From positions 522,773-586,772 of the forward strand of contig MU054122.1 of the NCBI GenBank assembly GCA_013239625.1: DNA of 64,000 bases. Reading direction: 5' to 3'. A program made the position numbers and the translations under genes. The notes below the pieces were generated by a model. That model was given only the letters and a program-made list of their open reading frames with translations, had not been told where the DNA came from and ran no database searches. Within the stretch, counting starts at the first letter, position 1, and each line of letters starts with the position of its first letter. The DNA comes from Lama guanicoe. Its lineage: Eukaryota. Below, one piece after another: positions 53,587 to 64,000 of this stretch.

Positions 53587-55486
53587 GTAAGTGATTTCCT
53601 GTGTGAGAGCATGATACTTGGTATTGAACTTGAAATGGTTTTCTTCTCTTCTTTAATAAAATTCAGTACTTGATTATTGCATGTATTTTGTTGTTATAAA
53701 AATTCAAACAATGTAGATGAAGCAAAGATTCTTCTTGAAACTTCCTCTCTAGTCCCACCCATTCTTACCATGTCAGTACATAGAGATGTCCCTCATTATT
53801 TGAAATCCTTAATATTCCATAGACTGAATTTATCATGACTTCGTTATTCTGTTGTTGGATGATTAGGTTGTTTACAGTTCTTTGTGGGGTTTTTGTTTTG
53901 TTTTGTTTTGTTTTTGCTATTACAAACACTGTTGTAGTGAGCCTTTTGGGGCATATTCAAAGGAATGTGTGACTTTTACTTCTAAATCCTAGTATTTAAT
54001 GCTCTGGAAATTATATCCTCTGTAACATTTTAAGCTAATGATGAAAAATGAGATGTCATCTTTAAAATATGTGAAGGGATTTGTGGATTTTTAGGCTTCT
54101 TTCAGGGGAGCCAGAAGCAGAAAGTTTGAAGAGCACTCTTTTAGAGAAATAGGCTGTAGAACACTGCTGAGAGCCAGGGAATGCAGAGGGGTCCAGGAGA
54201 ATTGGGGTTATATAAGGCAGCATTTGTAGCGTCATACTAGTGGTCTATCTGGAAACCTTATTTGTCTGATAGTAGGTAATTTCGAATAGGGTGTAGTATT
54301 CTGTAAACAAATAAATAGAACACAAATTATCCACGTGTCAGTTGACTCCTCACTCTCATTGTACCTCCACCCCCTCTTTTTTTGGCTGTAAGCAGGCTAT
54401 TCTGACCTGTGCAGCCTTTTGTAAAGACCACTGAAAATGAAAATTGTGAATCTTTTACATTGAAATATAGCATCCATTTCAAAACACAAAATTCTTTTGA
54501 CTTCAGAAGAGTTTTTTTTAATTACACTTGTGTCACTTTCACCATCTAGTGATGAATTCATCTCTCAAACTGTTCTCCGTGTGCGCAGACCATAGGGTTT
54601 TGTTTTGGTTTAAATAACTGCTTTGCTTAGAATTCACAGTCTTTAAATTATTTACCTGATGTCACTATTACCCTGATGTTCAGTAGTGTATCCATGTAAA
54701 ACCTGAATGAAGAAATGTTTGGAATTACTACAGTAGTATTCTTTGGTATGTGAGCTCTATATTTTGATTTTTTTAAACCTACATATGAATATGTACATAC
54801 TAATACAATTTATAGAGGTATTTATGTAATGATGGCTTCATTAGTTCCGTGGGTCTTACAGCAGAAGATTCTGAAGTAGATCCGACTCATTGCCTCGAGA
54901 TGCCTCCAAGCCTTTTTACACAGGAGAATAAAGGAACCACAAACCCTTCTATTTTTGATGATAAACTGAAACACTGGTGGAAAGAGAATGTAGAATAAAT
55001 CCTTCTGGTGCTGCTTAGGAGGAGTACAGCTGTAATATAGCGGAGCAATGCCTTACCAAAACAGCTGCGCTGTCCTCCATGGTGGAGACGTAATGACGGG
55101 GTTGTTAGTCATAAGTAATGCCGTCTTGAGAGAGAGGTTACACCTGTCAGCATGGCAAGGCCACAGCTGCCCCAAACAGAGTGACACAGAAATCCACTAG
55201 CATGACGTAAGAGATTAAAGAGCTCACATGTTGTGAGTTTAAATGTTGTTCTCTTTCTTCTCATTTAAGAGAGTTTCTGTTAGCAGTTTCAAAAATAAGT
55301 AGGAATAGCTTTCAAGGCTCTGACTTCACATCGTTGTAAAGAGAACACACGGATATTGAATCCATAAAAGCAAAATTGAAGTCTTCATGTCTGAATTCCA
55401 AGAGTTCTCTATCTGTTACCCAATTACCACAGTGAGAAGGTTTCATTGTATGATTGTTGCTTTTTATAACTGTTTAATTCCTACAG

Positions 55487-55574
55487 GATAAAATGGATCA
55501 GTTGCTACAGATGTTGCAAAGTACAGATCCCAGTGATGATCAACCAGATCTTCCAGAGTTACTTCATCTTGAAG
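55487..55574 (+). CDS. STAM: STAM exon 10, GAT region (DKMDQLLQMLQSTDPSDDQPDLPELLHLE)
   Basis: Acceptor ctacag|, donor AAG|GTAAAC; 88 nt. Confidence 0.98.
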
Positions 55575-56042
55575 GTAAACCTTGTTTTTCATTTACCTTG
55601 GAAATAAGGAATAATTAGAGGTTATGTCTAGTATTCTGTTGCAGAATGGTTTGATTTAAATAAAATTGAGAATGATATAAACATTGTTCACATTTCTCAC
55701 TCTTCTGTGACCAGTCTCATGATTATATGCAGCTTAAATCTTTGGTAGAATTCAAATTCTTATACTTTTCTACCCAAATTAAATATTTTATTCAACATTT
55801 TTAAGTGTTATAAAATGGAAATATGTATTAAAGAATTTCTGACATCAATACAGTCAATCTAAAGTATTGATTTTATAAATACCCAGGAAAGTCAACCTTG
55901 GGCTCTGTGGGCTAAGTTTAATGAATAGAATTTGTATTATTCCAAATTAGATCTTTTAGGCCTTAAATTATATAAATATCCTTCAGAGATTTGCTTTCTT
56001 TTGCTACATTTTCTTATATTTCTTCAAATCTTGTCATCGTAG

Positions 56043-56097
56043 CGCTGTGTCACCAGATGGGACCTCTCATTGATGAGAAGCTGGAGGATATTGATCG
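56043..56097 (+). CDS. STAM: STAM exon 11, GAT/coiled coil (ALCHQMGPLIDEKLEDIDR)
   Basis: Acceptor tcgtag|, donor CG|GTAAAA; 55 nt. Confidence 0.96.
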
Positions 56098-56667
56098 GTA
56101 AAAGAGCAGGCACTAATCTATGTTGTTTACCCTTTTCCCTACAGACCTCTCTAAACTGCTGTTGGAATAGAGCTGCCTTTTTATTATTGCATTTTATTTT
56201 TATTTTAAAAATAGGCCAGTTCTCACTCACTCGTTTTCTGCTAGATATGGGAATTGAAATTAGACCAGCCTCTCCTCCCCACCCCCTTTTTAAGTGAGGA
56301 TTTATTTGACTTTCACTATGTTAGTCTTTTTTTAAAATAGGAGTTAACTGTTGTAATCGTATTTGCTGTAAGTGACATCATCAGAGCCCACAAATGACCC
56401 ATCTGTTAATAACTAGAGAATCTAGGTATTTTGAAGTAAAGTCATGTGCAATAAACTAGAGTTCTAGCCCACCACCTCAATCTTAAAACAGTTTTGGTTG
56501 CCTTGGAGCTAAACTATAGGATATTTTTTTGTCACGAAGGTCAATTTTTAATAATGTCTGCTTACACCACTTTTTTGCTATTTTTGCTATTTTGATGCAT
56601 CTTATTACTTAGACCATTATATCATTTAAATAGCAGTTGTGTTTTAAATTATTGTGTAACATTTCAG

Positions 56668-56821
56668 GAAGCATTCAGAACTCTCAGAACTTAATGTGAA
56701 AGTGATGGAGGCACTTTCCTTGTATACCAAGTTAATGAATGAAGACCCGATGTATTCCATGTACGCAAAATTACAGAATCAGCAGTATTATATTCAGTCA
56801 TCTGGTGTTTCTGGTTCTCAG
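56668..56821 (+). CDS. STAM: STAM exon 12, coiled coil and ITAM-like motif ([51 protein letters not shown])
   Basis: Acceptor tttcag|, donor CAG|GTAAGC; 154 nt; YTKL...YAKL. Confidence 0.98.
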
Positions 56822-57913
56822 GTAAGCTTTTAAAAACTCACGTATTTCATTTTAAATTCTCAAACATATTTGCAATTATTTGGAATAGCTGTGTTTTTCT
56901 AAAATGTGAAACTTTCTAAAAGTAATGTTTAGAGTAAAAATAAAGGTTAAAAGATCTTTTTACTTGACAAATACAGTGTATAGTACAGTATACTAAATAA
57001 AACAGTAGTCCTTTTTCTAAAAAATTATTTTTCTGCAGGGATGTACATCAATCACTGTCAAGCTTTAAAACAAACAAACAAACAAAAAACCAAACAGATG
57101 CTCTGGCTCCATCCCAGACCTATTGAATCCAGGCATGAGGGCCAAACATCTATATATTTTTAAAGCTTCATATCTAATTATCTGTTTAAGAACTACAATT
57201 TTTGTCTGTCTGAGTAAACCCCCTAATTATTACTAAATTCTTGTGATCATCCACAGTTTTTGATTTCATAGTAAGCTGCTTTAATCCGGATTTTTGCCCT
57301 CCTGCTACGTGAGAAAATGTGTAGTGTGGTGTAGAGCGCTTTCCTCTGGTCACCCCAGAAACTTCTCCCAGAAACACAGAAGTTCAGGGTATAGGGAGTA
57401 ATTAGCCAGACACCACATTTTATCCAGGTAGAAGATTATACGCTTTGTGCAGATCATTTTTTCTTGGCATGGTCCACTTCTCCTAAAGTGAGGGGCCAGA
57501 GCCCTGGAGGAGAGCAGCTGGGCCTGAGAAACCGGGGCCAGGTGACACCCAGCTGTGAGTCTCCGTACCAGTGTGAGCCAGCAGGCAAACATAAAACCCT
57601 TCACGTTTGGCAAACAAACAAACAAAAATACTGCATTTATGAGCCCTGGACTGTGATTATAATGGAGATCTTTTGGATTCGGTGTGTAGTGACTCTCGTG
57701 TGGCTTAACGAAGTGCTAAGATGATGACTGTGTTACTGTCTTAACAGCTGGTAAGAGGCTTACTACGTGTACAGGGGAGTTCTCTTTTCAAACATGTGAA
57801 ATGGAAGAATCTAATGAATACCACAGAAAATTAAAATGTTATGTGCATTTAAGATTTGAGGGGCATTTAAGACTTTAATCTCTTTAGCTTAACCCAAGTA
57901 GAGTTTTTAGATG

Positions 57914-58131
57914 CAGGGGCAGGCAAACAATGGCCTGCGGCAAAATCTAGCCTCCCACCTGTTTTTTAAAATATACTCTTCCTGAAATGCATTCTCGTTT
58001 GGTTTTGCATTGTTTCTGGCTGGCTGTTTTCTCTGTGGGCAGAGCTCAGTAGTTGTGACAGAGACCATGTGGCCCACGAAGCCTGACACATTGACTGACT
58101 GGACCCCTAACAAAAAAGTCTGCTGACCCTG
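57914..58131 (+). mobile_element. MER58A-like hAT MITE
   Basis: caggggcaggcaaac...gtctgctgaccctg TIR-like ends; agtagttgtgacagagaccatgtggcccac. Confidence 0.8.
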
Positions 58132-58580
58132 CTGTAGAAGCTTAGCTTGCCCTATGCTTAACAAGCTGTAATGCAGGAAATACATCTGTATCTATATCTG
58201 TATGTAGAGATCTGTAAATAAATGCAGAGTGTTGCTATAAAACAGTGAATTCAGACACCTCTCGAGCATTTGTTGGGCTTCCTTTTAGGGAGATACTTAC
58301 AATATCAACATGCAAGGAGAAATTGTATTAGTATGACGTTTCAAGGTAAGTTCCTTTACTGCCTCTGCACGGAGATAAACACGAGCTTAGCTAACGTTGA
58401 CCTAAGAACAGAAATTGTCGGAAGCCCACTTCGCCGAAAAGTCCTTTTTAAAATGTCGGTCAGCAGAAGTAACTTCAGACAAAACGTTTCAGAGCTGCGA
58501 TTGTTCTTTCTGTAACCGAATGCCTCTGCAAATGAAGTTGAGCCTGCCTGTTCAAGTCTGTCCTACCCCGCTCTCCCCAG

Positions 58581-58753
58581 GTGTACGCAGGCGCCCCGCC
58601 GCACAGCGCCGCCTACCTGGTCGCGGGGGCCGCGCAGCTGAGCCACCTGCAGAGCTACGGCCTCCCCCCGGAGCAGCTGCCCTCCCTCAGCCAAGGAGCC
58701 GTGCCGGCCAGCGCCGCCCCGCCCAGCCAGCCGACCCAGGCTTCTTACCCCAA
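58581..58753 (+). CDS. STAM: STAM exon 13, P/Q/A-rich tail (VYAGAPPHSAAYLVAGAAQLSHLQSYGLPPEQLPSLSQGAVPASAAPPSQPTQASYP)
   Basis: Acceptor ctccccag|, donor AA|GTAATT; 173 nt; retains AYLVAG, SHLQSY and LPPEQL. Confidence 0.95.
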
Positions 58754-61144
58754 GTAATTTGATTGTTGACTGTTGCTTGTGCTTAGCGCCGTGATCATCC
58801 TGTAACCATAAAAAGTGCATGAGGAAAAATCCACGGTAGATGTCACCGCTGACAGCGCACGGTCGGCCCCGTTTGTGGTGGTGAGCGGGCTCCTTGGGGA
58901 CCCTCTGTCCGACTGGTTCCTGCGACTGCTGTCTTCTCTGGTTTTTTATATACACCTATTATAATGTCTTTTGTTTTTATTTGAGTCTCTGATGATATAA
59001 GCTAAGGACTTGAACAAAATGTAAATTTATGTTGGTAACTAATTTATTATCCTTTTACACAGGTTTCATGTAAAATCTAAATGTCTAGAATTACTATTTT
59101 AGAATTTATAGTTTTGTGCTGCCTCTTAAAGATAAATATTTCCTTCTTTTTACCGTGTGTGGGCATGTAGTGTATATCACAGCAAGGTAAACCATTTGCA
59201 AAGAGACAGGACGGGAAGCTCTCTGTCCCCGTGGTTCATGGGACGAGTCGCTGAATGTGAAATGCCAGGCCAGTTGTTTTGGTCATTTACTTGTGATGCC
59301 CTTGTCTTGTAAATGATTATATTTATACATTGTGTTACTCATAATTATGTAAATGCCTTTTCTACTTCAGTGGACATCTAAGCTGAAGTCATTTCTTTGA
59401 GTCGAATAAAAGATAGGCTTAAGAGTTCATCAGTGTGTAATTCCAGAAGTCATGACATTCTGACTTGCAACAGAGGTTTCTTGGTGGCACAGGCACAGTT
59501 TCTAGGAAGCTTTCCATCAATGTTGGAGTTGCCCAGAATGCTCCTCCTCTACTGCCCACACTGTTGTCTTGTTCATCCTCGAAAAAGTCACACTCTAGGG
59601 ATGCTTGGGGATTTTCAAACGTATTTTTGTGGTCACATCCAGTATTCTGAGGTGACCTTATGTAGGGTAGTGGGGAAGCCTCTTACAGGCATCAAACAAC
59701 AACAACAAAAAAAACAAAAGAGCACCCCCTACTGGGTTACAGAGCTCAGGAGAAAATGTTAGGTGTAGCTCTTTCTGTCTGTCCTGGGAATTAAAAAAAT
59801 TTTTTTTAAGTTGCAGTTTGGTGAAAATGAGTGGAAAGATGGAAATCGGCAGGGAGCAGCTATTGAGAGCGTAACATGCTGCTGTAAAATGAGACCAGAG
59901 TGAGCAGAAGGAGGCATTGCTGAGAAGTTAGCTAGTGTGCACGAGTAACGTAGGAACCCCTCAGATACGTTAGTATCAGCCGGAAAGGCCGCCTCTTCCC
60001 CAGCTCATCCTCTGTTTCTGAATCACACGCTGCTCCAGCTGTCTTGTTACTGGAGGTGACTTGTCTTAGTTCAGGGCCTTGAGCCATTGTCCTTGCAAGT
60101 GAGATCATCTGTTGGTAGGTGCTTAAACCACGTTGTGCTACAGAGCCCAAGCGCCCTGTTGCTGTTTGCTGGGCGTTGCTCAGTCCACCTCTGCAGGCTG
60201 GATGTGGATCCCCGGCGCAGGACCTGCGCTGTAGTCCAGGGCCCGACTCTGCTGACATACTGGGGCTATAAATGTCACCTCTTGAGAAATGCATGTACAT
60301 TTCAATGGATGCTTTTCATTGAGCATCTCCTTGAGATATTTCACCCTCTTTGCTTGGCTGTTTCCTCCTTATTCTTCAGTTCTTAGCTTCGTCTGGACTA
60401 GAACGCCGGTACCTCTCTTGCCTTCCACCCCTTCCTTCTCAGTTGCTGTCGCAGGACCCAGGGACACCATTTAGTCTCGTAATCTTCTCCCCACTGAGCT
60501 CTCATCTCTTGAGAGCTGGAGCTGAATCTTCCATCTTTATAGCCGCACTATGTAGCACAGAGCCTTACACTGGGTAGGAACTCAGTAAATATTTGATATG
60601 TAAATGTTCAAGTGTTGATGGGAATTTCAAGGACTGTGTTAGGCCAAGGAGATACATACTTTAATTCCTTGAAAAGGCTTCACGAAGGCTTTGAGGCAAT
60701 TTTTTAAAAAGATACATAAATGTGTAACATATATATTTACAAATGCATAAGAACAGTTTGTGTGTGTGTCTGAATGAGAAAATTGATGGCAAAACAGAGC
60801 ATACGACATACTTGATTCAAGCTTTCTAACAGTAAATCAAGGTCGATGAGGAATTTTTCCTCCATTTTTGATAGGCAGGTTTTTTAGTGTTCCTCAGTTC
60901 ATTACCTAGGAGGCAATTTCTTATTCTTTTACATTGAATTTTGATTTTAGGGTTATCACTTTTCCAGACTTCTGTCACCCTAGGACGATCTTACTGATAA
61001 CTGGGGAAGGTGGTATTGGTTTACCTATCCTGAGTGGTGGCGACAATGATAATGCTTCGGTGACCAACACTGTATACTTATTTGTCAGTTATTTCATTTT
61101 GCTTCTATTAAAGGGATTTTTTTTGTTTGTCCAAGTTTGATGCT

Positions 61145-62200
61145 TTAGATATAAATGAGATCATACAGTGTCTTTCTCTGTCACAAGGGCAGAGTTTTCT
61201 TCATTCTCAAGGCTAAATAATATTCAGAGAGAGAGAGAGAGTGTGTGTGTGTGTGTGTGTCTAACCTTCTTTATCCATTGATCCCTTGGCAGGCACTTAG
61301 GTGTTTCTGTATCGTGGCTATTGTGAGTAATGCTGCAGTGATCATACGAGTGCAGGTATCTCTGAGATCCTGCTTTCAGTTCCTTTGGATATATACCCAG
61401 AAGTGGGATTGCTGAATTACATGATGGTTCTGTTTTTAATTTTTTGAGGAGCCTCCATACTGCTTTCCATAGTGGCTGCACTAATTTACAGTCTCGCCAT
61501 CACTGCACAAGGATTCTCTTCTCTCCACATTCTTGCCAACACTTGGTATTTCTTGACTTTGTGATAATAGCCGTTCCAGCAGGTGTGAGGTGATATCCCG
61601 TGGTTTTGATTTGCTTTTTCCTGATGATTAGTGACGCTGGGCACCTTTTCATGTGCCTGTTGACCACCTGACTGACCTTCCTTCTTTGGAAAAATGTTTA
61701 TTCGAGTCCTCTGCCCATTTTTTTAGTCAAGTTGTTTGTTTTTTTTTTTTTTTTTTTGCTTTTGAGTTATATGAGTTCTCTGTGTATTTCAGATGTTTAC
61801 TCCTTATCAGATTATGTGATTGGCAAATATTTTCTCCCATTTTGTAGATTCTCTGTTTTCATTTTGTTGATGGTCTTCTTTGCTGTGCAGAAGCATTTTG
61901 GTTTGATGTAGTGCCACTTACTGATTTTTGCTTTTGCTGTCATATCCAGGGAATTACAATGAGGCCAATGTGAATGACCTTTTTACTCTATTTTTTTCTT
62001 CTATGAGTTTTACAGTTTCAGGTCTATTTAAGTCTTTAATCCATTTCAGGTTCATTTTTGTGAGTGATGTGTGTAAGACAGGGGTCCTTTCTCATTCTTC
62101 TGCATGTGGTTGTCCAGTTCTCCCAACACCATTTATTGAGGAGACTATTCTTTCCCCATTGAATATTCTTGGCTCCCTGGTCAAACATTAGTTGACCATT
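61145..62200 (-). mobile_element. Antisense L1MA-type fragment (ORF2 3' part)
   Basis: Track ORF 61224-61481 (QPLWKAVWRLLKKLK...AIPLLGIYPKELK) is L1 ORF2-like. Confidence 0.9.
61226..61260. repeat. Compound (AG)n(GT)n microsatellite
   Basis: agagagagagagagagtgtgtgtgtgtgtgtgtgt. Confidence 0.92.
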
Positions 62201-62924
62201 GATTTAGAGTTTCTTGGCCTCAAGGTGCTTACTGGCTAGTAGAGGCAAATACACACAAAATATAAAATTACAACATAAATTACAAATGAAGCTATGTTTT
62301 AGGAGTCTCAGGGGATTCAGGGAAGATTTCCAAGAAAATATGCTCAAAGTTATTCTTAGCCTGGAAGAAAAAAGTAAAAGGTTTTCTTTCATGAACAAAG
62401 ACATGGTTCTCATGTTTTGTTGAAATGACATGCTGTAGAATGGCATGGTACCCCTGGAATGAGTAACATGGGGAGTAATGAAAACACATAGTATGTGGTG
62501 AGCATTACCAACAGTACAGCGTGACAGAAGGATTAAAGTCTGTGGTGGGAGATGTGAGAGATACACTTGGACTTGAATGAATGGTCCTGGATAACTTGTT
62601 AAGGAGCTTGGGTCTCGTCTGGGAAAGCCCATAAAGACCTTCTGGTGGTGGTACCATGGATGGATCAGAGGGACTAGAGTAGGAGCCTGGAGACTCGTAT
62701 ATTAGGCCAGAAATGGTGTCTAATTGTAGGATAGGAATGAGAAAAGAGTTATTTCATTAGCAAATGACTGTAGGTAACAAGGTGGGGAGACAGTGCAGAG
62801 CAGAGATATGAGAGAAAGGTATTCAGTGAATTGCTGGGTTTTTACCGCTGCGTGGTTGGGTGAGCGGTAGGGCTGTAAGTTGAGAGGAGTATAGCACAGA
62901 GTGGGAGTGATTAGGGTAACAGCT

Positions 62925-63100
62925 AACATTTATGGGATGTCGTGTAAGCACCAGGCCGTATGCTCTGTGGTCTACATGTGTTAACTCGCTTACTCCAGTA
63001 ACCCATGAAGCAGGTACACGGTCTTCCCCCTTTTACAGATGAGGAAACTGAGACAGGGAGGGAGGACTAAGGTCCCATTTAGCTAAGATACAAAACTAGG
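62925..63100 (-). mobile_element. MIR
   Basis: agctaacatttat...ccttttacagatgaggaaactgagacagggag. Confidence 0.75.
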
Positions 63101-64000
63101 CATTTTGGCACCAGAGTTTGGCCCTTAGTCTCAACATTATAAATAGCATTATTGTGGCCCTTAATGGTGTGACTAACAGCATGAAATCTGAGTTCTTGTG
63201 ATACTTTATATCTCACAACACACCACCTATGGACTGATAGTGGATGCTGCCTTTAAGCATTACCTAAGTGGTTACGTTAGTTGGTGGAATGTAGCAGTAA
63301 ATGACTGTCTGTTATAATAATGAACTGGTTTAATTTGTGCAGAGTACAAAAGCACTGAATTTACCAACATCTGATTGATAAACAATCTAGCACTTGAAGA
63401 AAAGTTTAGAAATAGACAGTGTTTTGAAAATTGTAGGCAATTGCCCTTTGTATAGCTTGTTTTATGTTTTGCATAGAAACGTGGAGGGGAATCTCATTGT
63501 TAAAGCTCTTAGTGTGTCTCTTTATGTAGTTAACTTGCTATCTTCCACATGGTGAAAACTCGAATATGAGGTTGGGAGTGGGATGAGAAGTAGCAGAGAC
63601 ATAAGTGAAGACAGCTCTGAAGGACTTCTTTTCTGTGGAGTGGGAGCAGTGCCCACGTGGAGGGTGCCTGGCAGGTGGTCAGTTACAGCAGGAGGGAGAG
63701 CAGGATACATCGGGGGTGTGGATACAGGTAGTTGATTGATAGATGTTTGGGTGGGAGTAGAGAGAAGGTCTCTTTTATTTGCTTCTCTGTTTTCAGGAAA
63801 GTAAGAGAAAGGAGGTTACCGGTTTTCTTCTTCCCTAGTCCACCAGAGCTGGTCTTAAAGGACCAGTGATTTCCACATGGCCAGACCCCGTGGTCACTTC
63901 CTTTTTGAAATCCTTTTTTTCACTTGGCCGTGCCCGTCCTTGCTGTTTTCCTTCTACTTTATTGCCACTCTTGAGTCTTCTTTGCCTACTCTTTCTTTAT

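Larger units (their letters stand above)
12344..58753 (+). other. STAM: STAM gene, coding exons 1-13 (3'-partial; terminal exon not found in window)
   Basis: 13 exons (40,85,76,96,147,91,193,95,89,88,55,154,173 nt) splice GT-AG in frame into a 460-aa [39 protein letters not shown]...TQASYP, matching STAM1 rather than STAM2. Confidence 0.98.

Noticed and set aside
54549..54660. Box C (GTGATGA) ... box D (CTGA) snoRNA-like spacing; a similar case lies at 50830-50922
   Set aside because: No convincing terminal stem or recognisable rRNA antisense element; such motifs are common by chance.
58415..58955. Track ORFs 58415-58762 (+) and 58563-58955 (-)
   Set aside because: Off-frame and antisense shadows of GC-rich exon 13.
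58754..64000. Search for the terminal STAM exon (recalled human ending ...QKALL*)
   Set aside because: I found no matching sequence by eye. It most likely lies beyond the window, so this is not evidence of gene truncation.

Overview
Mammalian genomic DNA, not prokaryotic. Six copies of a tRNA-Ala-headed SINE suggest a camelid (inference). The window holds about 12 kb of repeat-rich upstream sequence, a CpG-island promoter (about 11.5-12.7 kb) and coding exons 1-13 of STAM (STAM1, ESCRT-0 subunit) on the + strand. I assembled the exons by hand. All 13 donors are GT, all 12 acceptors are AG, and the phases are compatible, giving 1382 nt (460 codons + 2 nt) with no stop and the order VHS-UIM-SH3-GAT/ITAM-P/Q-rich tail. 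I did not find the last coding exon in the window. Most of the rest is L1, MIR, LTR, MER DNA-transposon and SINE remnants; repeat family names come from my recall of consensus sequences and their boundaries are approximate. Nearly all ORFs in the supplied track are spurious. I found no new multi-gene system. The best leads are the abrupt GC/CpG shift and protein divergence of exon 13, an unidentified polyadenylated insert nested inside a SINE, a Tyr at the STAM2-equivalent YIDE site, a PP1-type RVxF motif, and an intronic hairpin. Comparisons with human STAM1/STAM2 are from memory and need alignment.
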